This document shows positions 37,723 to 47,429 of a stretch of 64,000 bases of DNA, piece by piece. The notes below the pieces were generated by a model that was not told the DNA's origin, made no database searches, and saw only the letters and a list, made by a program, of their open reading frames with translations. Position 1 is the first letter of the stretch, and each line of letters opens with the position of its first letter. The stretch covers positions 62,001 to 126,000 of IMG/VR virus record IMGVR_UViG_3300036770_008729; one strand, 5' to 3'. The translations under genes were made by a program, and so were the position numbers.

Positions 37723-38625
37723 ATGTTGTTAACTAATTATATTAATGTCTTAATGAATAGAGGTAATATAGGATATTATAATAGGGTTATGTCCAATAAA
37801 TATAAAATAGGTGATTCTGTTGATATACCCATTGAATTATTATCAAAGAGTTCATACCTTAAAGTTAAGGTATCATGTGATATTTGTAAAGATGAGTCAT
37901 ATACAACATATAGAAATTATAATGATTGTTTAGGATACGGATTTTATTCTTGTCAGAAATGTAAACATATTAAAAGAAAGCTAACAAATAACGATAAGTA
38001 TGGCAAAGAAAACTATCAAAACGTTGATAAAATAAAAAAAACAATGATTAGTAAGTATGGTTTTTACAACAACAATAGAGAAAAATCTAAAAAAACCTGT
38101 ATACATAAGTATGGTGTGGATAATGTGTCAAAAGTAGAATTAGTTAAGTTAGCAAAGATTGATACAAATATCAAAAATTAGGGAGTTGATAATGTTTTTC
38201 AGTCAGAAGATATAAAACTTAAATCAAAAAAAACTATGGTTAGTAAATTTGGGGTTGAACATCCTAATCAAAATATCAACTTATTTAAAAAATCACAAAT
38301 ATCCGGATACAAAATGTGTATTTATAATGGGTTATACTATAGAGGTAAAAATGAGTTAAATTTTATAAAGTACTGTGAAGATAAATCATTGGTTATTAAA
38401 AATGGACCATCTATAAGATTTACTATGGAAGGTAAATCTAAAGTTTATCATTCTGATTTTTTTATTGAGTCGGCTAATTTGATATGTGAGATAAAGTCTA
38501 AATATACATATGAGTATAATGAAAAAATTAATATAATTAAAAGAGATGAGTGTATTAAGCAAGGATATGCATTTATATTCATAATAGATATGGATTATTC
38601 CGAATTTGACAAAATTACCCAATAA
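37723..38625 (+). pseudogene. putative homing endonuclease (Zn ribbons, KYGVxN repeats, C-terminal PD-(D/E)XK) interrupted by an in-frame TAG at 38179-38181
   Basis: Two track ORFs are in one frame; CDIC..CQKC; KYGKEN/KYGVDN/KN*GVDN/KFGVEH repeats; YHSDF...EIKS. Confidence 0.7.
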
Positions 38626-39010
38626 GTTTCTTTATATTTTGATCTCTGTTCAATTTTAATTCTTTAGAAGAAGTATCAACAATTAGATCTAAATTTTTAC
38701 ACAAAATCTTATTTTTAGTTTGTTGAAGTATCTCGCTATATTTTATAGCAAAATCAACGTCATTTACTCTGAATTCTTCAAACTCATCTTTAGTAAGTAA
38801 TACAAGTCCGGTTTGTGGACAAACTGCAAAGTGTAAATTATAATTTGTAATAAGATTTGGTCTATTTGAAGAATTACCGGTATCTATATCAAGTGCGTAA
38901 TAAGTGTGTTTTTTTGGCTCTGACCAAATGTCAATTACAATTGAATTGATTTTATTTTCAATAATACTATCTATGAAATTAGATAGTTTGACTTTCATTT
39001 GCTCTGTCAT
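38615..39010 (-). CDS. hypothetical protein with RDQNIKKLI tail
   Basis: 131 aa. Confidence 0.65.
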   Translation of the reverse strand: MTEQMKVKLSNFIDSIIENKINSIVIDIWSEPKKHTYYALDIDTGNSSNRPNLITNYNLHFAVCPQTGLVLLTKDEFEEFRVNDVDFAIKYSEILQQTKNKILCKNLDLIVDTSSKELKLNRDQNIKKLIG

Positions 39011-39299
39011 CTAAAACAGAATTAATTTTTTTATCTCTTTCTAAGATTCTGAATTTCTTTTGAAGAATTGATTCAATTTTTTCAGTAAAAACAAATCCAT
39101 TTTTAATTAACTCTTCATAAAAAGGCTTTCCTAAAACATTTATTAATGCTAAATTTTGTGCTAAAAAAGGATCTCTACCTGAATCAATTTCTACTTCTTC
39201 GCCAAAGATATTATATTTTGTTACGTTGTAATTGTAATTTGGAGTTATTTGGGCTGTTGTATTCCAAGTTCTTGTTAGGTTTGAAATAATCTTTGACAT
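38979..39299 (-). CDS. hypothetical protein with RDKKINSVL near C-terminus
   Basis: Likely ATG at 39299. Confidence 0.6.
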   Translation of the reverse strand: MSKIISNLTRTWNTTAQITPNYNYNVTKYNIFGEEVEIDSGRDPFLAQNLALINVLGKPFYEELIKNGFVFTEKIESILQKKFRILERDKKINSVLDDRANESQTI

Positions 39300-39328
39300 A
39301 CTTTTATAATCCAAAAGTTTGACTTTGT

Positions 39329-40870
39329 TTAAATAATCCTTAAGTATCTCGGAGTTTTGAACTTATCGGTTTCGATTGATAGAGCGTATCTCATTATTTT
39401 TGTAATCAAAGAATTAGATTCTTTGTGACTTACATTATGTAGTTGTAATATAGCAAGAATAATTTGCATAGACTGAATTCTTGATATAAGTCTATTTTCA
39501 CTTTTTGAAATATCAGTTCCTCTTTTTATAGGCTCAACTATTACTAATTGTCCACCTATCGAATCTCTATATTTTTTACACTGTGTAATAAGTTCCATAG
39601 TATAACTTTTTAACTGGTCAATGCTAAGTTGTTTTAATTCATTATATGATTGAAGATTTTGAATTTTATAACCAGAGCTAATTTTCTGATCAATGAATCT
39701 TTTAATTGCATTAAAAGAGATTTTACCATGTCTTGATGTTGAACCTTCTACTTCACCGTCTACATTGACATTATTTCCTGTATTAGAAGAATCAAAATTA
39801 ATTTTTCTATCTTTTATATCCACATCTTTGTTATTTCTATGTTTCCAAATAGAAGTTGTAGATATTTTCGAACCAATACCTTTTAGGTCAGATCCAACAT
39901 GAAATGATTTAATGAAGAAATCTGGTGGATTTTTATCAACCATTGAATTGGTTAATACTCCAAAACGTGATCCAATTTTTTTAAGAGATACTCCGATTAA
40001 TAATTTTTCATCAAATAAACTATTCATTTCGTCTTTTAACTTATGGATGTCTGTACACTCATCAATTCGATTATTTACTTGTTCTACATTATTTCTTGAT
40101 ACTAAATACATATCCGCTGGACAAAACTTAGATATGTTTATATCAGACCAACCACCATCTTTTGCAAATTTTTTATATTTCTTTTCTATATGAACATAAG
40201 GGGAACTATTTCCTACAAATGAGGCGTGATAAATCTCATATAAGTCATTAGTATTAACATATTCTTCTTTCCAGATTCTATTTGGAATCTTACAAAAAGT
40301 ATTAACCCAATCTTCATCCTGTAAAAAGTCATCTAGTAATTGTTCATTTACTTCAACTTTTTCTGGTGTGAAAACCAACTTTTGCATTTGAATATACTTA
40401 TAGAAGAATTCCCTCATATTTCTTGAAGTCAATAATTTATCAGGTAATGCTTGTTTTATACCAAAAAATAAACACTGAACTGATTCAAAGTTTCTAACCA
40501 TTACACCAGCACCCGATGATCCAAACTCTTTAGTCTTTTTGAATTGATTGATTTTGAACTCTTTACCATCTTTACTCATGAACACAGGAATATATCTACT
40601 ACCTGGTTTGAAATAAGACTTAGCCTTATCTATATCGTATTCATCATCTGTAGTAATTTTATCAATAGCAATCTCTGGTTCAACCCATTGTGAGTCGGAC
40701 TTCATTTTATCAACCTTAATTTTCTGATTGCTAGTTGTGGTAAGTTCTTCTTTGTTTTTAATTTTGGTTATAAGAACATCTCCTCTTTTTTGACCATTTA
40801 TCAATTTACCAAGTTCTGTTAAATCAAGTTCTGTTTCTTCTAGGAATTTTTTGAATCTCAACAATTTCAT
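39329..40870 (-). CDS. 513 aa protein with CTS-like N-terminus and PD-(D/E)XK-like nuclease motif
   Basis: MKLLRFKKFLEE; CPADMYLV...LIGVSLKK; AATATATA 5 nt upstream. Confidence 0.6.
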   Translation of the reverse strand: MKLLRFKKFLEETELDLTELGKLINGQKRGDVLITKIKNKEELTTTSNQKIKVDKMKSDSQWVEPEIAIDKITTDDEYDIDKAKSYFKPGSRYIPVFMSKDGKEFKINQFKKTKEFGSSGAGVMVRNFESVQCLFFGIKQALPDKLLTSRNMREFFYKYIQMQKLVFTPEKVEVNEQLLDDFLQDEDWVNTFCKIPNRIWKEEYVNTNDLYEIYHASFVGNSSPYVHIEKKYKKFAKDGGWSDINISKFCPADMYLVSRNNVEQVNNRIDECTDIHKLKDEMNSLFDEKLLIGVSLKKIGSRFGVLTNSMVDKNPPDFFIKSFHVGSDLKGIGSKISTTSIWKHRNNKDVDIKDRKINFDSSNTGNNVNVDGEVEGSTSRHGKISFNAIKRFIDQKISSGYKIQNLQSYNELKQLSIDQLKSYTMELITQCKKYRDSIGGQLVIVEPIKRGTDISKSENRLISRIQSMQIILAILQLHNVSHKESNSLITKIMRYALSIETDKFKTPRYLRII

Positions 40871-40900
40871 ATAAGTATATATTAATATACTTTTTTGAAA

Positions 40901-41425
40901 TTACAAAATCTTTGAAATTTGTATATCTCGATAAAGACTATTAAAAGATTCTCTTATCTCTTCATCATATGGATAGAATGATATATTTGCGTAGTAATCA
41001 TAGTATTCTTGATTGACCAACTTTTTATACTTATCATAAACTCCTTTCACTAAGTCAAAGCAATTTTCTTTCTCAGTCCATTTAACCATATTTCGAATTA
41101 AGTCAAAATCAATATCTTTAAATCCATAGAAGAAATGTTTATTTGCCCAGTTATGAATATAATTTTCTACGACTTTTTTATTAAAGTTATCAATGGATTT
41201 AGGACTTGCCATAAGTGGTGTTGTAAAGTAAAACTCAACATCCATTTTCATAATCTTCTTCGTTAATTTTAAGACAGCCTTATGACATTTACCATCTAAC
41301 ATAACATAATATATACCATCAATAATTGTGCATACTGGAATAAGATTGATTTTCTTAAAGAAAAGAAAATCACCTCTTATAATCCAATTAGAAGAATTAT
41401 CTGGTATGATGTTATTTAACTCCAT
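40901..41425 (-). CDS. hypothetical protein with RDIQISKIL tail
   Basis: 174 aa. Confidence 0.7.
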   Translation of the reverse strand: MELNNIIPDNSSNWIIRGDFLFFKKINLIPVCTIIDGIYYVMLDGKCHKAVLKLTKKIMKMDVEFYFTTPLMASPKSIDNFNKKVVENYIHNWANKHFFYGFKDIDFDLIRNMVKWTEKENCFDLVKGVYDKYKKLVNQEYYDYYANISFYPYDEEIRESFNSLYRDIQISKIL

Positions 41426-41735
41426 TATCTCTTAGAATTTTGAAAAACTCTTTATTTCTATATTCTCTAGTGTCTAACTTTTTATTATCTCTATAATAAC
41501 TTTTTGATTTATTAGGTGAGAACTTAACTTTTCTCTTAGTACCATACTTATCAGTTCTGATACTTTTATATTTCATATAATTTGAATCACCGATATAATC
41601 AGATGGCAATGGATTAGAGATCCTATTACCATTTATATCGGTATAACTACGCCAATATCTCTGATTAAAAGCGTGTACCTTAAGCCTGCGCTTAAAATGT
41701 TTTTCTTCTAAATATCTTCTTTTGGCACGATCCAT
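41412..41735 (-). CDS. basic hypothetical protein
   Basis: Start reassigned to MDRAKRR at 41735; TATATTTG on minus strand at 41745-41752. Confidence 0.6.
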   Translation of the reverse strand: MDRAKRRYLEEKHFKRRLKVHAFNQRYWRSYTDINGNRISNPLPSDYIGDSNYMKYKSIRTDKYGTKRKVKFSPNKSKSYYRDNKKLDTREYRNKEFFKILRDNGVK

Positions 41736-41763
41736 AATAATGGACAAATATAAGGATAAAATC

Positions 41764-43611
41764 CTACTTTAACAACTCAGTCTTTCTTAAATCAGAGTTT
41801 TTACCAAACCAAACATCTAAACTTACATTTGATACATCATCTTTAGTTATAGATGTCATTCTTGGATTATTAATAATGTCTTGATACTCATCATCCACTA
41901 AAGCTGCTAAACCTTTTTTATACTTAATATCAAATTGTTTTAAGTCGTTTTTTTCAACAAACTGATTATATTCTGATTGTGTATAGAAAATAAGTTTCTT
42001 TTTACCTTTTTGTTTTGGTATAGCAACCACAATAGGTGTTTCTACTTTGTAAATCATTTTTCTATCAAACATTTCTGGCCAATACTTATAGAAAAAGTTA
42101 ATAAGAAGACCTGCTATCGAATTACCATCAACATCAGCATCTACATAAAATAGAACTCTACCATATCTTAAATCCCTTAAGTCAACCGTTTGTCCTAATT
42201 TAAGACCAATTGCAGCCATCAAATTAACCACTTCCTCATTTTGAACCAGCTTCTGATTAGTCATTTCTGATACATTAACAAACTTACCTTTAAGTGCAAA
42301 GGCACCCATAGTTTCTGGAGTTCTATACTTTCTAAATGCGGAAATAGCAGAATCACCCTCAAATAAACCAATAGAACATTTCCAGCGGTCTTTACCTTTG
42401 GCATCAATCAGTTTCTCAACTTTGATTTTACTTAATTTCTTATTAAGGTCTCTTTGTAGTTTAGATTCTTCTGCATTTTTCTTTTGTTGAATCCAATCTA
42501 AAATAGAATTAACGATTTCTGATTTAATAATTTGTGCAACAAATTTAGATGTTACCTCAAAAGTAGAACCAAAATCTTTTACTTCTGTAATCAACTTCTC
42601 TTTAGTTTGTGATGAGAATGATGGATTTATTATAGTAGAGTTTAAGAAAAGAAACATATGATTTTTTAGTTCAGATGGTTTAACATCTACTTTGTGTTTC
42701 TTTAGGAAAAACTCTTTTAACTGACTAATAATTTGATTCATTATGTAATCCACGTGGGTTCCACCATCATAAGTTTCAGTAGAGTTAGCAAAACTTACTT
42801 GTTGAAATCCAGATTCTGATAAGGCAACACCGATAGACCAGGTCTTATCTTTTTTAACATCATAGAAAAACTCTTCGTGATAAAGTTTGATATAGTCCTC
42901 AAATGATTTTATATTTATGAACTTATCATTAAAATAAAATTTGATGTTGGGGTTACATCCTGCTAAGTCCCAAACTCGCTTTTCAATTACTTTAAAGTGA
43001 TCGTTATCAATCTTTTCAATTCCAAATTGAGTTAAGTCTGGTTTCCATTTTATTTCAGTAAAGTTTTTAGTACCAGGTTTTACTTTTGCTTTATCTCTGT
43101 CTCTCATATTATTATAGAATCTTTGAGAGAAGTGATTTTTACCATCACAGGTGGTTACAATAAATTCAGTTGAAAAGATGTTTGTCAATTTAGCACCCAG
43201 TCCATTTAGACCGGCTACTGTTCTTTCATCGGTGTCATCATAGTTGGATCCAGACATAAGGTTGCCAAAAATAACCTCAGGAACATATTGATTATGTTCT
43301 TTGTGTATTTGAACGATAATACCACCGTTATCTTTAACAGATAAAGTATTATTCTCTATATCAACGTGAACATCTATTCTATTTAAGCTTTTATTTCTTT
43401 GATGTTCATCAACTGCGTTTGTAATAACTTCATCAAAGATTTTGATGAATGAGGGGATGTAAGTTACGGACTTAAGTTCCATTTTACTTTCATCGTTTAT
43501 TAAGTATTTTTGAGAAGTGTTGGGTTTATTAGAGCCTACATAAGTTCCAGGTCTAAGAAGAACGTGACTAATTTGGTCTAATACTTTATATTTATCTTCA
43601 ATTTTTTTCAT
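41764..43611 (-). CDS. type II DNA topoisomerase ATPase/TOPRIM subunit (T4 gp39+gp60-like)
   Basis: HVLLRPGTYVGS, FDEVITNAVD, GLNGLGAK, LFEGDSA, DADVDG, YKKGL. Confidence 0.95.
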   Translation of the reverse strand: MKKIEDKYKVLDQISHVLLRPGTYVGSNKPNTSQKYLINDESKMELKSVTYIPSFIKIFDEVITNAVDEHQRNKSLNRIDVHVDIENNTLSVKDNGGIIVQIHKEHNQYVPEVIFGNLMSGSNYDDTDERTVAGLNGLGAKLTNIFSTEFIVTTCDGKNHFSQRFYNNMRDRDKAKVKPGTKNFTEIKWKPDLTQFGIEKIDNDHFKVIEKRVWDLAGCNPNIKFYFNDKFINIKSFEDYIKLYHEEFFYDVKKDKTWSIGVALSESGFQQVSFANSTETYDGGTHVDYIMNQIISQLKEFFLKKHKVDVKPSELKNHMFLFLNSTIINPSFSSQTKEKLITEVKDFGSTFEVTSKFVAQIIKSEIVNSILDWIQQKKNAEESKLQRDLNKKLSKIKVEKLIDAKGKDRWKCSIGLFEGDSAISAFRKYRTPETMGAFALKGKFVNVSEMTNQKLVQNEEVVNLMAAIGLKLGQTVDLRDLRYGRVLFYVDADVDGNSIAGLLINFFYKYWPEMFDRKMIYKVETPIVVAIPKQKGKKKLIFYTQSEYNQFVEKNDLKQFDIKYKKGLAALVDDEYQDIINNPRMTSITKDDVSNVSLDVWFGKNSDLRKTELLK

Positions 43612-43701
43612 TATTTGATTACCAAGATTTTTTGAGTAAGCTAAGTATATATATGTTTTTTTTTATTTTGTTTTTAGCTTTGTTTTTTAGGTGGTCAATT
43701 T

Positions 43702-43709
43702 AATATATA
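43702..43709 (+). promoter_or_regulatory. AATATATA motif 4 nt before ATG 43714
   Basis: Heads the CTS-like gene cluster. Confidence 0.5.
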
Positions 43710-43713
43710 GTAA

Positions 43714-44640
43714 ATGAAGTATTTAAAAACTTTTGAAGAAATTTATTATGATTCTAGAAAACCGGTTGATGGTTATATTGACGCTAATGATTTAGTTGGT
43801 CAAAGATTGTGGTTTCATACTAATAGAACACACCGAAACAATGGTTGGAATGGTATGATTGGTATTTATGATACTACAAGAAGTGGTAGAAAAATAGGAT
43901 TAGCGGGTAAATATACAAATGAAGTTAGATTAACTTCTCCAATTTTCTTTCAGACATCAGAGGCAGGTGCTGAAAATATAAAATCTAAAGGTGATAGAAC
44001 TTTAATTGCTGGGGTTTCTGGTGTGGTGATTCCGACTGATAGTAATACTTCTGGAATGCAAAAAATCACTTACAATCCTTTTGATGTCGGGTATTTTCAT
44101 TTACTAGATGATAGTGGTAAAAAGGAAATAGTTTCTGCTGATGAAGTTTATTTTGTGGCTTCCGAAGATGGAAAATGGGAAATATGGGCAATGAATCCAA
44201 AGTTTAAATTATTAAAAGAGAATAGACACTACCGTGGAGAACATCCTAAATCAATGCCAGATGAAGATAAAGATTATATCAATGATATTTTACTTGAACT
44301 TCAGTTATTGGATATGAGATATGAAATTGTAGAGTGTTGGTATCACAAAGACGAATCTGACCAAACGGTTGGTAATATACATAAACATAGTCGTCCTGAA
44401 GAACTGATAAAGTCATATAGGTCGATTAAAGTAAGTTTATATGATAAGGAAAGGAGATTTTTTAGAATAGATGATATAGACTCCGTTTTAACAAGTCTTA
44501 AGGTATGGTCATCGGGTAAATATGAAATTGATTTATCTTGGCCAAACGAAATGATTTATTTACCAATGGAAGATTTTATAGATGAGTTTGGTGGTGAAGA
44601 ATTATATACAATAGACATTTACATTTACAAAAGAAATTAG
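43714..44640 (+). CDS. two-domain CTS-like protein
   Basis: MKYLKTFEE; N-domain with HTNRTH...EAG...ITYNPF; C-domain YINDILLEL like neighbours. Confidence 0.8.
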   Translation: MKYLKTFEEIYYDSRKPVDGYIDANDLVGQRLWFHTNRTHRNNGWNGMIGIYDTTRSGRKIGLAGKYTNEVRLTSPIFFQTSEAGAENIKSKGDRTLIAGVSGVVIPTDSNTSGMQKITYNPFDVGYFHLLDDSGKKEIVSADEVYFVASEDGKWEIWAMNPKFKLLKENRHYRGEHPKSMPDEDKDYINDILLELQLLDMRYEIVECWYHKDESDQTVGNIHKHSRPEELIKSYRSIKVSLYDKERRFFRIDDIDSVLTSLKVWSSGKYEIDLSWPNEMIYLPMEDFIDEFGGEELYTIDIYIYKRN

Positions 44641-44643
44641 GAG

Positions 44644-45186
44644 ATGAAATACTTAAAGAAATATAAATTATTTGAATCCACTCCTGATGAAGAATGGAGT
44701 ACAGTAGAAGAAAGAGAAAATACTATTAGACATATATCACTTGAATTTGAAGACGTTGGACTTATATGTAGTATTTCTAAAGTCAGAAAAGATGTTGAAT
44801 TAGAACCAGACCGTTATAATGGTAAAACAAAAACTGATCTCTTTTTAGAAGTTTATTTGTCAAGAAATTGGTATTCACCAAATAGAGAAATACCTGGTGT
44901 AGTAAATCCTGAAGGTGGTTACCCTGGTAATCTTATTTTCTGGTATGAAATCAAAAATATAATCATTAGAATTGCTAAATGGTATTATGAAGTAGAGAGC
45001 ATTTATGATCCTATAAGTAAAGATGCTGTTTATAGAGATGAAAAGGAGAAATCACCTTTGAGATTCTTTGGTAGTGGAATAGAGATGTTGATTGGTTGTA
45101 GTAAAGAAGAGGATTTTGAGAAATTAGGTGATTTTATTTCATTTACTAATTTTAGAATAATGATTAAAATATCTGAACAAGTATAA
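44644..45186 (+). CDS. CTS-like protein
   Basis: MKYLKKYKLFES; IRHISLEFED. Confidence 0.8.
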   Translation: MKYLKKYKLFESTPDEEWSTVEERENTIRHISLEFEDVGLICSISKVRKDVELEPDRYNGKTKTDLFLEVYLSRNWYSPNREIPGVVNPEGGYPGNLIFWYEIKNIIIRIAKWYYEVESIYDPISKDAVYRDEKEKSPLRFFGSGIEMLIGCSKEEDFEKLGDFISFTNFRIMIKISEQV

Positions 45187-45190
45187 AGTT

Positions 45191-45694
45191 ATGAAGTGGA
45201 TAAAATTATATGAAAATTTCGATGATAACATTTCTATTGAAAAAGATGTTGAAGATATATTCTGGGACTTAGAGGGATTTAAAGTTGAGATTTCATTCTG
45301 GGTAAATGGTGCTCGTGGTGGTTTTTTGGCAAGTGATGAGTCTGGATCGCAAAAATATGGACCAATTGCAGATAATGGTAAATTATACTTAAAAGTTGAG
45401 GTCAAAAAAATAGAACCACCTGGTAACTTCCTTACAAAAGATGGTTTTAATTGGATAGAAACTAAATCTTACTTTAATAGATTGAGAAGTTTTTTAAGCG
45501 AGTATAGTCCAGTTAAATATAAAATCAACACTATGGTATTTAGCCACGCACCTCGTTTTAGTATTGTTAGTAACGCTGAAATACACGATACTTATCAAAC
45601 ATCATTTGATTATGTTGATTCTAAATATATAGAAAAAGATTTTACAGATAGGAATACCTTAACATCGGTATATTATTTTTTTGAAAGATTATGA
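45191..45694 (+). CDS. CTS-like protein
   Basis: MKWIKLYENF; VEDIFWDLE. Confidence 0.8.
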   Translation: MKWIKLYENFDDNISIEKDVEDIFWDLEGFKVEISFWVNGARGGFLASDESGSQKYGPIADNGKLYLKVEVKKIEPPGNFLTKDGFNWIETKSYFNRLRSFLSEYSPVKYKINTMVFSHAPRFSIVSNAEIHDTYQTSFDYVDSKYIEKDFTDRNTLTSVYYFFERL

Positions 45695-46341
45695 AATACT
45701 TAAAATTATTTGAAGAAGCCACTAATGTTCCTGATTACTTTTTACCATTAGAAAGTATCAATCATTATTTAGATCCGAAATCTGGTGTGATTTATCCTAT
45801 ATTAAAATCTGGTGGATATGATGAAAGAAATGATTTTGATTTAGAAGCCTTTACTTCTGGTCCTGAAGAAGCTCAAATTCCTGGAGATGCTCCAACTGGA
45901 AATATTTCAGATGAAGATCAAATGATTATAGACCAGTATCGTCAGTCAACTGAAAAGTATTTCAAAGATAAAATTAATTGGAGTTTAATAGATTTAGCAA
46001 AAGAAAGGTCTTTAGAAATAATTGATAATGGAGGTAGGTTATTAATCTCTGTTTCTATTAAAGTTTCAAATACCTCATCATTTTTTATCTATTATGAGGA
46101 TATAACTCACACAAGACCTAAACAATTCTGGAATATGTATTTTGAAGATTCAATGTCTATATTGTCGAAATGTACAGGCGAATTAATTTATAATTTTTTA
46201 TTATCAACAAAGTTAAATCAAGCTAACCTCCCTTGGGGTGAGGATTATATATCTTATAAAACAGGTGATACAGAAACCAGTGAATTGGTCAGACTACTTC
46301 ATAAGTTATATCCTGAAGAGAATATAAAGGCGATGAATTAA
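45691..46341 (+). CDS. CTS-like protein
   Basis: MKYLKLFEE. Confidence 0.8.
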   Translation: MKYLKLFEEATNVPDYFLPLESINHYLDPKSGVIYPILKSGGYDERNDFDLEAFTSGPEEAQIPGDAPTGNISDEDQMIIDQYRQSTEKYFKDKINWSLIDLAKERSLEIIDNGGRLLISVSIKVSNTSSFFIYYEDITHTRPKQFWNMYFEDSMSILSKCTGELIYNFLLSTKLNQANLPWGEDYISYKTGDTETSELVRLLHKLYPEENIKAMN

Positions 46342-46343
46342 TA

Positions 46344-46793
46344 ATGAAACACCTAAAAAAATATAGATTATTTGAATCACAGAAGTATAATATGGGTGAT
46401 TTTATGGATATCATTTATGATTTGCGTCTTAGGTGTTATGACTTTAACGATGGTGGTTGCACTTGGAAAATTCTACCGGAAGAAGAAATACAAATCAACT
46501 TACTTAGACTTGCCTATAATAGAACTATTGAGTCTAAAGGCGTTGTATTTAAGTTATTAATTGATATACGAAATATAAAATCAGATGATGATCTTAATTC
46601 TCAATCTCTACCTAATTGGTTTATCAATAAATGTCTAGAAATAGAATCAATGATGAGAATGTATGGATTTAAAACTCTACCTTCTATCAAAAGACCAACT
46701 GACTGGGAACATTTTGACACAATTGACGAACTAAGTGAGGCAAGTGGTCTTTTTAGAGAAGTTCAACTTCTTTTCAGAAAAATTGGAGAGTAG
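46344..46793 (+). CDS. CTS-like protein
   Basis: MKHLKKYRLFES; FMDIIYDL. Confidence 0.8.
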   Translation: MKHLKKYRLFESQKYNMGDFMDIIYDLRLRCYDFNDGGCTWKILPEEEIQINLLRLAYNRTIESKGVVFKLLIDIRNIKSDDDLNSQSLPNWFINKCLEIESMMRMYGFKTLPSIKRPTDWEHFDTIDELSEASGLFREVQLLFRKIGE

Positions 46794-46866
46794 AAGATGG
46801 GGGAGTGGACATCTACTTTTATGATTGGCATTTCTCGCTAATGCTAGCCCCTAATTCCCAATCAAC
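46789..46866 (-). ncRNA. candidate small structured RNA
   Basis: GC-rich for this genome; stems GATTGG/CCAATC, GCATT/AATGC, AGTAG(AA)GATG/CATCTACT; minus-strand TATATTTG at 46878-46885. Confidence 0.35.
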
Positions 46867-46924
46867 CAATTTATTTCCAAATATAATAATTAAATTTATA
46901 TATAACTAAAATTAATTTCTTATT

Positions 46925-47005
46925 ATGTTCAGTTCGGGAAACATCTTCATTATGATTTTTGGCATTCTGTTAGCCTTAGGATTAATTTTTAATTTTAATA
47001 TATAA
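46925..47005 (+). CDS. putative 26 aa single-TM peptide
   Basis: MFSSGNIFIMIFGILLALGLIFNFNI; below track cutoff. Confidence 0.45.
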   Translation: MFSSGNIFIMIFGILLALGLIFNFNI

Positions 47006-47008
47006 GTT

Positions 47009-47428
47009 ATGAGATACTTAAAGTCATATAAAGTATTTGAGATAAGAGAAAGTCCTTATTTAGATGGATCGGATAGTCCTATGAAAGTTAAATATGGAAA
47101 AGAAGTTATTGATAAGTGTGATGAGGTGATTGAGTATATCAAACAGATTATGTTAAACTTAGAAGATTTGAAATTTTATTGTTATGTGAATTACACACCT
47201 TTAACAAAAGTTTATCAGGAAGTTGAGCCTATTTTATTTGTTGATATAAGTCAGAATCCAGAAATACCATTAGATGAAGAAGCAAAAACAGAACTTGAGT
47301 ATACAATAGAATCAATTAAAAAATATATTGATTCAAAACATTTTTTCCTAACTGATTATCGTTTTAATGATAGAGGTGTTGAAAAGTATTCAGCAAGATT
47401 CTATCCAAAACCTGAAAAGCAAAACTGA
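47009..47428 (+). CDS. CTS-like protein
   Basis: MRYLKSYKVFE; IKQIMLNLED; AATATATA 4 nt upstream. Confidence 0.8.
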   Translation: MRYLKSYKVFEIRESPYLDGSDSPMKVKYGKEVIDKCDEVIEYIKQIMLNLEDLKFYCYVNYTPLTKVYQEVEPILFVDISQNPEIPLDEEAKTELEYTIESIKKYIDSKHFFLTDYRFNDRGVEKYSARFYPKPEKQN

Positions 47429-47429
47429 T

